A stretch of DNA of 64,000 bases from Anolis carolinensis (lineage: Eukaryota), in contig NC_085843.1 of the NCBI RefSeq assembly GCF_035594765.1, positions 200,299,971 to 200,363,970 of the forward strand, in the 5' to 3' direction. Position 1 is the stretch's first letter; each line of letters starts with the position of its first letter. The translations under genes and the position numbers were made by a program. Shown in pieces: positions 62,636 through 64,000 of the stretch. The notes beneath the pieces were generated by a model. That model saw nothing but the letters and a program-made list of their open reading frames with translations, searched no databases and was not told the DNA's origin.

Positions 62636-63140
62636 GTCATAGAGTTCGAAAGGACCTCAAGAGTCATTTAGTCCAAGTGGTGGCAGTGCAGGAAGTTACA
62701 GATGAAGTAAGTGGGCTTCAGTTTAGTCTCTGTTTAAAGACATCCAAAGAAGGGGATTCCACTTGGGGAAGTCTATTCAATTGTTAAGACGGGTCTTACT
62801 GTGTCGACATTCTTCCTAATGTTTAGGTGGAACCTTTATTCTTGTAACCGAATCCATTAATTCATGCTGTAGTTTTTGGAGAAGAAAACCCAATCCCGTC
62901 ACCTTCCACATGTCATCCCTTCAGATATTTAAATATGGCTATCATGTCACCACTCTTCTCTTTTCCAACCAAATATATTCACGAACCCACCTTAACTCAT
63001 TCCTCATATAGGTTGATTTCCAGTCTTTAGTTATATACTATCTTATGTATATCCTTCTTGGCCTGTGGTGCCCACAACTGGACACAGTTTTTCAGGTAAG
63101 GTCTGACCAAAGCATACAGTGATAATATTACTTCTCTCAT
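62636..63140 (-). mobile_element. Old CR1 LINE 3' fragment
   Basis: catagagttcgaaaggacctc tail; ttcttcctaatgtttaggtggaa; tgtggtgcccacaactggacacag (YCVQFWAP motif on minus strand). Confidence 0.8.
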
Positions 63141-64000
63141 TCTGGAATTGGATATGGGTATATGTGTATCATTTTTTTCAAATATAATAAATATTCAAAC
63201 ATTTAAAGGAAGAAGAAGGAAAGAAAACAGAACTAGAATATAGAAAGAAATATATACAAAAAGTCAAAAAAGAAAAAATGACTTCTTTCTTTTTGGTGAC
63301 TTAGGATAGAGTTATACCTCACACTGTACACTGCACACTTCATATATAGTGATAAAATGTGCTTGACTAAAAGTGTTGCCTATCAAGAACAATTTGTTCT
63401 TGGTAGAGAGGTTTCCATTGTTCAGTCATAGTTTAAGTTTTAATTTTGTTTTCTACTACTCTCATGCCAAAGGCAGCAGTTCTGCTCCAATCTATTGTCT
63501 CAGACTTTGGAGAATCACTGTCAAACCAGTAAATGAAACTGGATTAGATGGAACGATGGCCAGACTCACTATAAGGTTGGTTCATATTTTCATATAGCAT
63601 ACAGCCTTTGTGCTTTCTTCAGGAAAATTTCAAATGCTTAATTTAAATTATATGCTGTGACCTACATGGATGCATACAGCAGAACAATCAAATATTTATA
63701 CAATTATGCTGGTACTAAGCAAATGTGAAAGTATATGCTTTATATATAGCTAAAATTTTCCTACATAACAAATATATTTTCACATAGAACATGAAGCTGA
63801 GGAAAATGCTTCAGGAATTAATAATGCCTCACACATAAAATAAATGTTTGCTTAACAAAATCTGTCTCAACTTCACACATTAATCAAAAGTGAATGCCAC
63901 ATGATTTTATATAATTAAGTAGAAAGTCATTCACCAAGTGGTAAATATCATGGACAATAAAATGAAATGAACAGTATTAACCCTATGGTGTTTATTAATA

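Overview
AT-rich, repeat-dense vertebrate genomic DNA. The repeat complement (Sauria SINE with (ACCTTT)n tail, Anolis-SINE2-like element, Bov-B, R4/Dong-like LINEs in (TAA)n, CR1, L2 tails) points to a squamate, most likely Anolis. I recognise no host protein-coding gene. The window reads as intronic or intergenic: nested retroposons and DNA transposons separated by unique, TE-free blocks that look like regulatory elements, plus six N-blocks. The most interesting object is a 1208-bp solo LTR (55157-56364, 5-bp TSD). Its putative U3 is filled by a 157-codon acidic reading frame with one premature stop. That frame carries two copies of a helix-linker-FEG[F/W] motif, conserved through synonymous substitutions and resembling the FxGF motifs that bind LEDGF/TFIIS-N-terminal domains. 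Also notable: a 1.37-kb hAT-like element carrying a CCAAT/CRE/TATA cassette, R4 elements inserted in L2-derived microsatellite tails, and minus-strand splice signals (one candidate exon, one AG|GT site). All family assignments are from motif recognition, not database searches.
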